This document shows, in pieces, positions 30,332 to 42,500 of a DNA stretch of 47,637 nt; within the stretch, counting starts at the first letter, position 1; each line of letters begins with the position of its first letter. Made by a program: the position numbers and the translations under genes. This DNA is from Craspedostauros australis (taxonomy: Eukaryota), in assembly GCA_030167865.1 (NCBI GenBank), contig JALAGF010002857.1, positions 1 to 47,637 of the forward strand, in the 5' to 3' direction. Below the pieces are notes generated by a model. That model was not told the origin of the DNA, searched no databases, and worked only from the letters and a program-made list of their open reading frames with translations.

Positions 30332-31916
30332 AATCACATCATTGAAACGCCAGATGGTTGCATTCAACTCTATGGTACGTACAGGCGCCCCCCCAACGAA
30401 GGTCGAGCATGCAATCGCAGAGAGCTGAGCTGCCTACGTGTATTATTATTAGTCCTCCGGAGTACGTGTATGATCCAACAGGATGGACGTCGCTGGAAGC
30501 CAACATGATTCCATTTGATTCCAGTCTTGTTCGTGGAGAGGAACCACTCCGATCACGAACGTATCTGTTTCGGAACGATGATCCGAACATGGTGCAATCA
30601 CTTGTTGGCGGAGCGTTGCGCAGCTTCGGTTGCGAGCAGGGGGAGGTCGAGTTGTGATGATCCTGTCACGTTTCTGCCTCCGGATGCCGATTCGACCGTT
30701 CCTTTCTTGAGACTCCGCCGAGACAACCGCGCCTCTCCAAACAAGAGCGGCCACTGTGCAACACTCGCAACAAAAGGAGTATTGCACATGTTCGATGGAG
30801 GAAAGGCCGTCGCCTGCGTGGAATGAACAAACGATGAACAGTCATGATCTCCTCGTGCATGAAGAGGGATGGTGTTGGCACACTGGTACGCGCCAACGTT
30901 CCGCAAGGACTTGAACCCAGCGCCGCCCTCTCCTTGCGTCGGTATTGAGGCAATCTTCGTGGTTCAGGCACGTTCCTGGACGTCTTCCGTGCAAGCTCTC
31001 GTTCAAGTGTGTCGATTTGACGTTGTGGTGACATCAAACTTTGACACGTACCGAGGAGAAGCAAGTGGGGTTTATGAGTGCAAATTGTGTCGTCGACACC
31101 AACTGAGGTGGCTGTAGTCATGAGGGGCACGCTCATGTGGTGGCGTGGGTCATGTCCCGAATCACACAGACAGGATCCGCCATCGGCCAATCAAAATTGA
31201 CAATCTGTCTCATCTCTGTGTAGACCGTCATGGAGATGTGATGTTCCTCCACGATCACCGCGGGTCTTACCCTCAGCTTTTTGCTGTCCGCTTTGGATGC
31301 TTGGTTTTGCACGCAACATGTTTGCACGACGCAGCATCCAGTGCATTTCATTTTGGATCCAAGCAGAGTAGCACGGGACGCCAACCACCGGCCTCATCCG
31401 CACCATACTTCCTCCATCATACGCACTGTCTCATTCCGTCCTGTGCGCACCACATCTGCCATTGCCGCGTCGGTTGATGTTGTCGTTTCCACTTTTCACA
31501 TCACTTTTTTGTGAGGAAGAATCGATTCCCGTGCAACAAGTAATTCACGAACAGTTTCATGATTGAATACGTGATTCGAACACACAACGGAAACCAACGC
31601 GTTGGGTCAACGCAAACACAACAACAACAACAACACTGGCAGTGGCTCTGCCCGCCAACAACCATCTGTGTCCATTGTTTCATTGTCGCTGCCACCCCCA
31701 ACCTTCCGCAATACCTCTTATCCTCTGGATTGATCACGTTGACAGCCCTCCTGAAGTATCTTTTTCCCAAGGCATCACTTCACAGCGGACCAAAGCGAAC
31801 GAGCCAACGAGCGAAGGAGAGAGACATCCATCGCAAGTGCCTTTGGGGGTCATTTTCATTCCGACAATACTCCTACTCAGACTCCTACTGATATTCATAC
31901 TCCCATTGCGACAACC

Positions 31917-33987
31917 ATGATGTTGGCTGGTCGCATCCTCGCGCTGGCATGCGCAATGCCTTGGTTCGTTGGTGCCATGGACATCAATGAAACAGCAACG
32001 CCAGTAACGACGACAGTAACGACGTGCTTCGAACCATCCACGACCGAACAGGAGGAGGACGTTGCAAATCGCATCCTGTCCCTCGAAGAGACGTTGCTGC
32101 AGCAGCGCAGCGAGCTGCAACAGCACCAGCGCAAGCACGCCGACGACACTCGCTTGCAGGCCTTGCACCAGAAGCACGAGGAGATCCACGCATTGTCGAC
32201 GTCGATCCAACAGCTGTACAGCGACATTGACGTGCTCGTGCATCAGCTCAACCGCGTCGCGTTGCAAGACTTGCAACAGCGATTGCAGGATGTCCACCAA
32301 CAGGAGATGACGCTGCAGCTCGTGCGCGATCAGGTCGCGGCGTCGTCGCAGCGCATGCGAGACATCCGGGACGAGACGACGCTCTTTGAAGAGCAGACGC
32401 ACAAGGAGATGGAAGTGGCCGAAGCCGCCGTGGCGCAGGCGTTGGCGCAGATGGAGGCTGGATCGGATCCGGCCGTCATTGAAGAGATGATGGAGGCGGC
32501 TCTCGCGGCGCAGACTGCTGGCGAGTACGCCGAAGTGGCGAGTGACGAGGATGAGGACGATGCGAGCGTGCAGCAGTCCCTCAACTACATGACGAAGGAT
32601 GAGCTCGGCAGCCAGTTCGACGTCGACGAGGTGCTCAAGGACAGCGAGAACGAATTTTACAACTGGGCCATGGAATTCATCAAGGATCAGATTGATAGCT
32701 TTTGGAGGGAATCGTTGCAGCTCTTTCAGGCCGAAGAAGCGCGTGCGGCATCCGAGAAGCGCACCCAAGTGTCATCCAGCAAGGATGGTGCAGCATCTGC
32801 GAAGCCAGCCACTTGCGTCGCATCTTCGGACGCCGTCCACAGCGTGCAATCGCAGCTCAACAAATGGGCACGTCAAGACTCGACGGGCTTGTTGGATCTG
32901 GCGCAGAATTCGAGGATTGTTTACGCAATGACATCGCGCACGTACACGGGCGCTGGTACGGACGACGACGACGTCTTGGGCAACGTGTGGTGGAGGAAGT
33001 ACATCCCGCAGGACTGGGAGGAGCATGTGCTGCCGCAAGGGTGGGAGCAATGGAGCATTGGCGGGGGCGGCTTTGCCAAGTCGTTGATTCCGTCCTACGT
33101 GTTGCACGCGTTGGTGAGTAGAGCATTTCGTGCTCGTGCGTGCTCTTGCACCATGTTGTATTGTGCTGCTGTTTGCTCGCAACCGTCATCTTGTGTGCGT
33201 GGCGGCGGCTGCTTGATTGGACGAGGGGACGCCATGTTCAAGCTATGAGTATGGAGTGTTCTACCAGCACGGCATATTGCAGCAACTGGCATCAATCTGA
33301 CCCACATCTCTTACCTCCGTTTCGCTTTCCTGTTCAAAACGCTCGATTCTGGATGCAACAACTCTATTCCCGTTGTTTCCGCGTGCCTTTCTGTCCACCT
33401 GCCTTTCTGCTCACCTGCCTTTCTGCTCACCTGCCTGTCTATCCAACCAATCGCAGTCCCTCCCATCGGCAGCCAACGTCCCACCAGAGGCCGTTCTGAA
33501 CCCGCACATTGGATTGGGATCGTGCTGGCCGATGCACGGAACGCAAGGCCAGATCACGTTCGAATTGGTCGCACCCATCAACATCCAGAGCGTCTCCATC
33601 GATCATTTGCCCTCGCGCATCGCCTCCCAACTCGCCTCCACCCACCATTTCAATGACGACGCAGCCAGATCGTCCGCACCGCGACAATTCCGCATCGTGG
33701 GATATCACGCGAACGGATTCGATGCTGACGACGGCGTCGTGCTGGGCACATTCGAGTACGATGTGCAAGGTCCCACGACGCAAATCTTCGATCTGCTTGT
33801 TGCACCGCCGGCGGCGGTTGCGTCCGAAGACGACGACGATGTGGGCAGCTGCTCTGCGACAGGACCATCGTGCGGGAGTGGCATCTTCAGCAACCTGAAG
33901 GGCATTACCATTCAAATCCTGAACAATTGGGGAAATCCGGAATACACATCGTTGTATCGATTGCGCGTCCACGGTGAACTGTCATGA
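31917..33987 (+). CDS. SUN-domain (Sad1/UNC-84) nuclear envelope protein; exons 31917-33113 and 33457-33987
   Basis: N-terminal hydrophobic stretch, long coiled coil, then GSCWPMHG.QG, VSIDH, SSAPRQF, LGTFEYD and ILNNWGNPEYTSLYRLRVHG, the canonical C-terminal SUN motifs. Confidence 0.92.
33114..33456 (+). other. Spliceosomal intron (GT-AG, 343 nt, phase 0) in SUN gene
   Basis: ttg|gtgagt ... tcgcag|tcc joins YVLHAL to SLPSAANVPPEAVL in frame. Confidence 0.82.
33384..33440. repeat. 16-bp tandem repeat (ctgcctttctgctcac, ~3.5 copies) near the 3' end of the SUN intron
   Basis: tgcctttctgtccac ctgcctttctgctcac ctgcctttctgctcac ctgcctgtct read directly. Confidence 0.85.
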
Positions 33988-35336
33988 TGGGTTGACACGA
34001 CGACTATTATGGAATAGGATGATACATACGATTAGATCAGAGTGGCATTCTACCAGACACTGCAGCAATGTCCGAGGAACAGAGGTCGTCGATACCAATG
34101 CTATGTACATGTGCCGTCCGCCTTCCATCCAAACAACACAAGTTTGGCAGGATGTTGGTTTGCGCAACATGTGATGAATCTGAATGGCTCCCTGCCACAC
34201 ATTGAGGAGATGCCAAGGAATCGCTTTGGCCCGAGAGTGGTTTGCTCCCGTCATGACCTTTCTCTGCGTGCAAAGGAGACAAGCCTCCTCTTGTCTCAGT
34301 TCCCACCTTCACTCCCTTTGTGTCTCTACTCGTACTCTCCCGCTGTGCGTTCGTAAAGTTCGTCCGAACGGGAGCATTGAACACTCTCGGAATGGGTTGA
34401 CGAGACAGAAGCGCTGTGCACGCAAACATCCGCCCGCGATAATTTGTCCAAGATTGGCGTCACCGCGCTGCGTCGCCACTGTTTGTATCACTACGACCGG
34501 GAGCCAGTAGCGCGTCTGGCGGACGAAGCAACAATTATGGAGTTGCGCTGGCGCTACGACATTTCGCCTTAAACGACAATTCCGCCATCTTCTGCCGGTT
34601 GTGTCGGAGTTTGGCGCGTGTGATCATTTCGCTTGCTGTTGCATGCACAACGTGGTGCATCGGATTTGGGCGCAACGCATCACGTTGATCGATCACCTGC
34701 TGCGTTGCATTGTATTCATCCCATTGCACTTCAGGAATACCGTATCCATCAGGGGTATCCCATCGTATTGCATCCCACCTTGTCGGCACCAACACAAGAG
34801 AGCCGCGAGAGAGCCACACACAGCGCTTTGAAGCCACAGAACACAACCCCGACGAAACTTCCCTCCCGCTTCCACCAACCAACCAACCAACCAAGGAACA
34901 AGAGGCAGAAAGCGTCGTCTTTGTCCCAACCCTCGCGCTGCTACATCCGGCGAAGGAACTCTTCTTCATTGAGTGTTATTATACGACAAACAGAGAGCGA
35001 ACAACGCCACATCACATTCCCACAACGTCCGCCTGATTCATTCTGAACCAACCCACACCACACTACATCACAAGATACGATAGCACGCACACATATACAC
35101 ATACTGCGTCAAACGAGTACTACTATACCAACGGAGGACACAATACGAGGAGAATGCTCTAGCAGAGCAAACGGCAGCGCACGAAAGGATCTCAGAACGT
35201 CTAACATTGCTCAGCACAGCATTACGCAGCACAGGAGCATAGAATAGAGGAGATTAGGGTAGAATAGAGTTGATTAGAGTAGGATCGAATAGACCGAAGC
35301 AACAGCACAGAGCAGAGAAGAATAGAACAGAACGAG

Positions 35337-37181
35337 ATGACAATGACAATGGGATTCCGAGAGTACGAGATGCCGTTGCCGCCGGTGGGTGGATCGCCGT
35401 CGTCTTCGCGCAAGAGTTTGTCGGACGATGTCGAAACCGGCAATGGCAATGGCAGCGCGACCAACACCCTCAGCACCAGTCACAACAACGACGATGACAC
35501 GACCACCGTGGCTTCTGTCCGAAGCAGCAGAAGCCGCACCGACAGCACCACCAGCGACAAGAAGAAGTCCAAGCGCAGCTCCTCCAAGTCCTCGAGATCG
35601 CGGCGATCGACGAAGAAGTCCACATCGTCGTCTTCGTTGTCCACAGCCACCAGAAAGAAAAAGAAGAAGGCAGGCAGCAGCAGCGGCAACGAGGACAGCA
35701 AGAAGCGCATGCAGCGCACGAGCAGCATCTCCAGCTCCGTCACGTCCATCTCCGAGTCCTCGTCGCATCACGATGTCGTCTCCAGAACGCCCAGCAACGA
35801 CAGCCTCTACTCCGTCACGAGTTCCGTGGCATCCACCTTGCGTCCTGCGTTGGAACGTTCCAACAGCGATGACAGTCTCATCAGCACCAGCAGCCGCCGC
35901 GGCCGACGCACGTGCGGGTTGATGGACGGCACTCTGCGACCAACGCAGGCTCAGACGACCGCGAAGCAACTCGACGACGACTCGGTGCGTCGCGGCAGAC
36001 GCAGCTCGTCATCGACCACGAAGAAGAAGAAATCGCGCAGCTCCAGCAAATCGAAACGCTCCAAAACGACGACGACCTCCAAAAGACGCATGAAGCGCAG
36101 CGACAGCGATGATACGAATGCCCTTTCCGTAGGCGCCGCGTCGGCGGACAGCTCCACGGTGGCCAACAGCACGAGCAGCAACAAGGATGAGGATGATGAC
36201 ATTCACGACGTCCTGTCGCCGCGCTCCACCAGCAAGGGAAAGGTCAAGGATGGGAGCAGACGGAAACGGTCCTCCAATTCCTCGTCATCATCGTCTGTCC
36301 GCAGGATGAACAGCAACGACAGCATCGCGAGCGCGACGACCAACCGCACGTCGGGCAGCACCAAGTCCTCCTCCTCTTCCACCACACCCAAATCCACCAA
36401 ATCGTCCAAGTCCAAGAAAAAGACCAGCACCACCACCAAAAAGGCGAAGAAGAAATCGATCAACATCACGGAATCGCCATCCACCTCGACCTCGATTACG
36501 GAATCGCCGGTCATGACGGCAACGTCCTACCACCAACGCAGAATGCCCTACTTCGGCGACGACCCCGTGCGCCGTTCGCCCCGCACCTCCTCTTCCTTGC
36601 ACCAGCGCAGCGTACCCATCTGCAGCACGTGGGATCAACCCATCCGCGACGACACCCTCAGTGGCAGAGGCCGCCGCAGCATCCTGTCCGACGCCAACGA
36701 ATTCAGCCTGCGCACGGCACGCACCCTCCTCCTCTCCACGGCCACCACGTTGCAGAAACCCTCCGTGCGATTCCATCAGGTCGAGATATACGAACACGAC
36801 ATCTGCCTCGGCGACAATCCCTCCGTCTCGGACGGCGTCCCCATCACGCTCGACTGGCACTGCGTCCAACGCACGACGATGCCCATCACGCAGCATCCCG
36901 TCTACATGGACAGCTTTTACAGCGACGACCGCCGCCGCCGCTCCATCTCGCTGTGGTCGTCGCAGGACCGATGGTGCATGCTCGAGGATCGATACACGCG
37001 CAAGGAATTGCTGGAGGCCCGCAGCTCCATCCGACGTGCCAAGGTGCATCGCGATCAGACGATTCAGCAGCTCGTCAAGTTGGGTCTCGTCAAGGATGAG
37101 AATCGACACGAACTCGATCAGAGGCTCGATGCCATTCTGCGCAATCAAAAGTCCTTTCGACCGAACCGGTGGTCGGCTTAG
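35337..37181 (+). CDS. Ser/Lys/Arg-rich disordered protein with a C-terminal VRF..VEIYEH...LGDNPSVS.G.PITLDW motif
   Basis: 614-aa ORF with strong C/G-ending codon bias; low-complexity N-terminal ~470 aa; motif type familiar from diatom hypothetical proteins. Confidence 0.85.
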   Translation: MTMTMGFREYEMPLPPVGGSPSSSRKSLSDDVETGNGNGSATNTLSTSHNNDDDTTTVASVRSSRSRTDSTTSDKKKSKRSSSKSSRSRRSTKKSTSSSSLSTATRKKKKKAGSSSGNEDSKKRMQRTSSISSSVTSISESSSHHDVVSRTPSNDSLYSVTSSVASTLRPALERSNSDDSLISTSSRRGRRTCGLMDGTLRPTQAQTTAKQLDDDSVRRGRRSSSSTTKKKKSRSSSKSKRSKTTTTSKRRMKRSDSDDTNALSVGAASADSSTVANSTSSNKDEDDDIHDVLSPRSTSKGKVKDGSRRKRSSNSSSSSSVRRMNSNDSIASATTNRTSGSTKSSSSSTTPKSTKSSKSKKKTSTTTKKAKKKSINITESPSTSTSITESPVMTATSYHQRRMPYFGDDPVRRSPRTSSSLHQRSVPICSTWDQPIRDDTLSGRGRRSILSDANEFSLRTARTLLLSTATTLQKPSVRFHQVEIYEHDICLGDNPSVSDGVPITLDWHCVQRTTMPITQHPVYMDSFYSDDRRRRSISLWSSQDRWCMLEDRYTRKELLEARSSIRRAKVHRDQTIQQLVKLGLVKDENRHELDQRLDAILRNQKSFRPNRWSA

Positions 37182-38005
37182 GCAATGTGCAATCTTAATC
37201 TAAGCTCTACTAACAATGCTAAAGTGTTGGACGAATACGAATGACAGGGAATGGAGACTGGTGGATGGCGCGAATCTCGTTTGACCCATTCGAACCGACA
37301 CAATCGTCACCAGGTTTTGATCCGTGAATCGAATGGACCAGAATAGAGTATCCTTCTAGATGGCACGAACAATTTCGCTGTTCCTCGGTACCGTTGTTTT
37401 TTCGCCTTTCCACTAACTGTGATCGCTCGTTCGCAGTTGCGCATGAATTGCACTGTTTTTCCCAAACACGCGATAGTGCGTCGTTCACGTACACTTAACT
37501 AGTCCATCAAGGTGACGCAAATGTGTCGCGTTATAATCGTAATCTCCTGTGCTCGTTATTGAACTTCCCAACAGTGAGTCACATGCACTAATCGAATTCA
37601 CATAGAAGGATTCACAGAAGGGCCAAGCGAGAAAGCAAGCCCGTCGACAAGTTTGTGCATGAAAAGCCACACGCGGCTTCACGTGTGTTGCAGTTCGTCC
37701 GACTTTTTTGACATTTTCCCGAAAGGGAAGTACTGCACAGCGCACAAATGGTTATGATAGTTCCGTCTGCCTGTCACCTTTCTGTGTGACACACCAATGC
37801 AGAGCCATCCTGCATCAATTCCGCGTGTCGCCGACATGATTACTGCATGCATGGTACGTACCACCCGCACACTGTTGAGCATCATCGATCACCAATCTCT
37901 CATAAAATGAAAAGCCAAGCAAACGCAAACGCAAACGCATCACATCACAATCGAGCAATCGCATCACACGACACTACACTCACAATCTCATCACAGACAA
38001 TCACC

Positions 38006-38581
38006 ATGCAACGATACGCATCCCTCGCACACCTCCTGTTCATCGCCGTTGTGGCGGCAGCCATGACATCCCCCTGCAATGCTCTGCGCAATGTCGCAGC
38101 CAAGAAGGAACAACGCCGACAGCTGCAAGAACAGCAACTGAAGCAGCAACAACAGCAGCAACAGCAGCAAGATGAGCAAGCACCTCCATGCTACATGGAG
38201 AATCACCCGCAGTTCCTCCTGCAGGTGGAGGACTTCGTCTGCAGCCGCACGGGACAATCCAATCTGCTGGGCGTGTCACCGCAGACGCCCATCACGTCCG
38301 TCCTGCGCAACCCCGCTTCGTACCACAGCGCCATGGCACCATCCGAGGCACGATGCGCCGTGACGATCCTGTCGGAGTTGCTGGACTCGCTGCAATCCGA
38401 AACTCAGAGACTCTTCCACGAAGATCCCGAGGACGAGATGGTGCTGCAGAATCTGTGCAATCAGTTCGGCATGGGCGGCAACGCGCAGCACGGCAACAAG
38501 GATGTCGCGCGCATGCGATTCCTGCGGCAGAGCAGACAGCATCGCGTCGAAGAGGAGCAGGAGAGCGGCGATCTGCGATAA
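38006..38581 (+). CDS. Small predicted secreted protein with poly-Gln
   Basis: MQRYASLAHLLFIAVVAAAMTSPCNA looks like a signal peptide; poly-Q then four Cys; frame open from 37847. Confidence 0.75.
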   Translation: MQRYASLAHLLFIAVVAAAMTSPCNALRNVAAKKEQRRQLQEQQLKQQQQQQQQQDEQAPPCYMENHPQFLLQVEDFVCSRTGQSNLLGVSPQTPITSVLRNPASYHSAMAPSEARCAVTILSELLDSLQSETQRLFHEDPEDEMVLQNLCNQFGMGGNAQHGNKDVARMRFLRQSRQHRVEEEQESGDLR

Positions 38582-39559
38582 CTTCCTTGCAGGCAACATG
38601 CTGGCAACACCGATTCTCCTTCTCGACCTCACACGAAGGTCCACACTTTTTTTGCGATAGAGCGCTATCGCGCAACCCATACCATTACCGTACACTGCAA
38701 TGGCTATCAAACCAAACCAAAATCATATTCAATCGCCAACGATGGCAATAACCCCACCTATAACCATACATAGAGAAACCTAACAGCAACAACAACGACA
38801 AACCAACACGGACAATTCAATTCCATGAACTTGTAGGAGAGCATGAAGCCACCTGCGAAGACTGCCATGCCAAGCCTGAATCTGCGTACTTCGCTGAGAA
38901 CAACAGCCAAGCGAGATCACGGTGCTGTGAAGAATTCCGAGCATCGCAAAACCGCAAGGCAGCACAAAGTTGTCGGATTGATAGTCCCCAATCTCGGCGA
39001 CGCACCTCCACGGACAACTGTTACCCAACTCTTGTTGGCGAATCTTCTTATGACCCGTGCTTCGCATCCTTGGTGGACGATACTTTGTGCTAACAAGAAG
39101 CCTTCCTGCACCAATGTTGCATGATACATGCGGGTACCTGTTCTTGCTTCCGAAGCCGGTGATTGAGATCTTCTGCGCAGTTTTCGTTCCACAATTTTGT
39201 TGTTGGGGTCTATCGAGTCGGAAACCAGATGCACGACTTGCGCCAAATCGGAACGACAAGATGCGAACGCGCAGACCAAGACAAGATCGACACGACCATG
39301 ATTCGGAGAGGTGGTGCGAATCCATGTCTCTCGGATGCAACGTTGCAGAGTGCCATTGTCATCATTGCGGCGTTGGCACTCTGGAGTATGGCAATATACT
39401 ATTCTATAATAGGTTGTAGGTGTATTGAACTTGTCATTCAGATTCACAGAAAGAGAGAGGGAGAGAGAGAGGGTGGGAGCATTCACACTGCTCCAGTGAA
39501 CACCAGCGAACACCAAGACAAGAGACGACAAGACAAGACAAGACAAGAGAAGCAGCAAG

Positions 39560-42500
39560 ATGAGCGCGAAGAAGGCGATTGCTGCGCAGAAGCAGCAAGA
39601 TGACGATATGCAACGCGCATCATCGATGTGGGAGCCACCAACACCGTCGTTCGGGACGCCGCGAGCGCATCGCAGCTTCGCTGGCAATCAGAGCCTGACG
39701 CCGCGCAGCAGCCACCATTCCAAGACGAAGGAGGAGTGGGCCCGCTCCACTCATCTCTACGTGCCAGGCACTGCCTCATCGGACATTGAGATCGCGAATG
39801 TCAGCAGCCGTAAGCAGGCTGCGAGCCACGTCGAAGACCTCTCCTACAGTTCCTTTCATTCGGCAGCTGCGGCAAACGAGTTCGAAGTGAGAGCGCCAGC
39901 CAACGCGCAACCACCAACTGCCCTGCCCGGATTCTTGGACACGGCAAGATGGGAGTGGAACTTCCTCACCACGGACAAGGCGTTTCAGGCGTACCGGGCG
40001 CAGATGTGCCAAGCCAATGACGACCTCCCAGATGACAGCGATGCCATGATCCAGTCCTACCAGCAGGACTTGCTCGCGGCCTTGGGCACCGACGCAGAAG
40101 TGGGCAATAGTGAGAACAACGACAATGACAATGACAATGACAATGACAACAGTGATGAGACGAACGACAACAGCAACCATAACAGCAACCACAATAAGCG
40201 CAACAACCACAACAAGCGCATACTGCAGCAAATGAAGACAGATCCCAACCTCACAGACCGCGAAGTGGCCTCCTTCTGGCAAGGCTACTTCCTCAAACAG
40301 GTAGAATGCGACGTCCTCAACACGCAACTCAAAGGATATCAGACCAAGTACAATCAAATCATGTACTTCACGACGCAGATCAATGATGGTGCAACCTCCG
40401 ACAAACCAACGCAGCGTGCTGTCTCCATCGTCCCGCGCCGTCGCGCCTTTCCATCCATGATGCCGGCGTCGTCGTCAAGACAGCTCCGCACCCCACCCAC
40501 GAGCCGACCATCGCTCTTCTTGCGATCCGCGGTGTCGCAATCGAGCCGCGCCGTGCCCTCCGCGTCACTGGTGCCACGCAATGCTTCCACGAGGTCACGT
40601 CGTCGTGGATTGCAGGAGGCCGATGACGACGAGGCGCCCCTCACGCCCAACTGGGGCAAGGACGCTGCAACATCAGACGACGTGCGACCGTTCGGACTAT
40701 CGACGCGCGCCATGTCCATCCAGCGTATCCGACGCCATCACGAACGTACCACGTCGGTGCACTCCGCCATGCATACCGCGATCGATGAAACGCAGGAGTC
40801 CGAATTTCCGCAGGCCAATACCGATGAGATCCAAAAGCTCCTGCTGGATCTGGAACAGGCCGAGAAGAGGCAGCGCAAGCTGGAACAGCAGCTGGCGCAG
40901 GCGGGCGTCGTTATCGCCGAGGATATTCCCTACGAATTTGCCAAGCAGAAGGTGCAGGAAATCAGCATGCTCATGCAGGAGCTTTCGCAGGCCCTGGCCG
41001 ATGAGGCGACCGATGCGCAGCAGCGTGCGCTCATCGAGAAGGATCTCTTTGAAAACGAACGCGAGTTTGAAAAGTACATCACGGCGCTGCAATTGACGGA
41101 CGAATGGATCCAAGAGCAGGAGCGCAGCGAGCAGGACTGGGAAGATTCCATGCGCGACGACAACGTCCGCGCCTTGCGAGCCGTGCGATCGCATCTGCCC
41201 GTCGATATTCGCAACTGCTCCGAACACGATCTGATCCACACCATGACGACACCCAGCGGCAAACGATTGTCGAAGCAGATCGCGCAGAAATTCAAGCGCA
41301 CCAACGTCCTGCAGATGCTGCGTCTCGATCCCAACGACATCGTGCGGCTGCATCCCGCGTCGTTGGAAACGATGCGCCTCTCCAATCTCACCATCACGGA
41401 ACGCCGCGCGCTGCATCAGCATCTGGCGCCCATCGTCGGCAAGGCGTGGCAGCAGCAGAGCGGCGGCAATAGTATCCACGGCACGGTCAAATCGGGATGC
41501 GATCCCTTCATGGAACGCAAATGGACGTGGTATCACATGATGAAGACCAACTTCAAGGAGAAGTTGGAACAGCTGCAGCGGCACATGGACCAGTACGGCG
41601 AGGAGGATGGCGTTCACAAATGCCCGCTGCTGGGCAAGCAATGCCCTCATCGTGCCAATCTCGTCATCGATTACTTCGCGCACGACTACGGGTACCCTAA
41701 AGACGACGTCTACTTCCAATCGGAGGCAGCCGTTTCTGCCAACCGCAACACCAACAACGACGCAGATGATGATGCCAAGGCCAATTCCGCCGAGTTTCAA
41801 AAGCACTGCGCCGAAGTTCAGGCCACGCGTACGAAAGCGTTCAAGCAACATCACAAGGGCAAGATCTTGCAAGCCACGCTGGCATCCGGCGCTTGCGAAT
41901 CCATGGACGAATGCATGGAGACGTTGGCGACGCAGTACAATACGTGGACGACCAACAAGCTGCTGCAGCAGCAGAAGAGCAAGAACGAAGACGTTGCACC
42001 CGCCGAAATCGCCAAGTACCAGGACGCGTTGAATGGATTCAAATTGCTGCTCTTGCAATATACGGACCGTTCCGGTCTGGCAACCGTCGCAGGCGGCAAG
42101 GACGCCGCCGTGGATCCACGCAGCACCGTCGAAAAGCAAATCTGCCACAGCCTGTTGCAAATGGCCTACGATCTGCTGCTCGATGGCATCTCGGAAATGA
42201 TTGGTGCCGCCCACGACAGCCGATTGCAAATGACACTGCAGCAGCTGCGCATCCAGATGAATGCCCTGCAACAGCGCAACGTGGGCGAATTTGTGGATCC
42301 CACTCAGCTTCTCCTCAAGCCTGTTACGACGCGTGTTGAAATTCGACGCGAAGCAGAACAGGAAGTGCAAAGACAACAGGATCAAAAAGCAAAAGAACCC
42401 GCACCATCCTCCACAATGGCAGGTCGGGGCGGTGGTCGTGGTCGTGGTCGTGGACGCGGTGGATTGATGGATGCGCTTCAAGCCAAAGGCCGCGGTGAAC

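Noticed and set aside
23237-33987. Functional link between TCAB1 (telomerase trafficking) and SUN (telomere tethering) genes
   Set aside because: Proximity of two housekeeping genes in a eukaryote is not evidence of a system; no synteny data.
38780-39420. ORFs of 186-256 aa on the minus strand
   Set aside because: Run through microsatellites and the 5' region of the next gene; no coding signature recognised.
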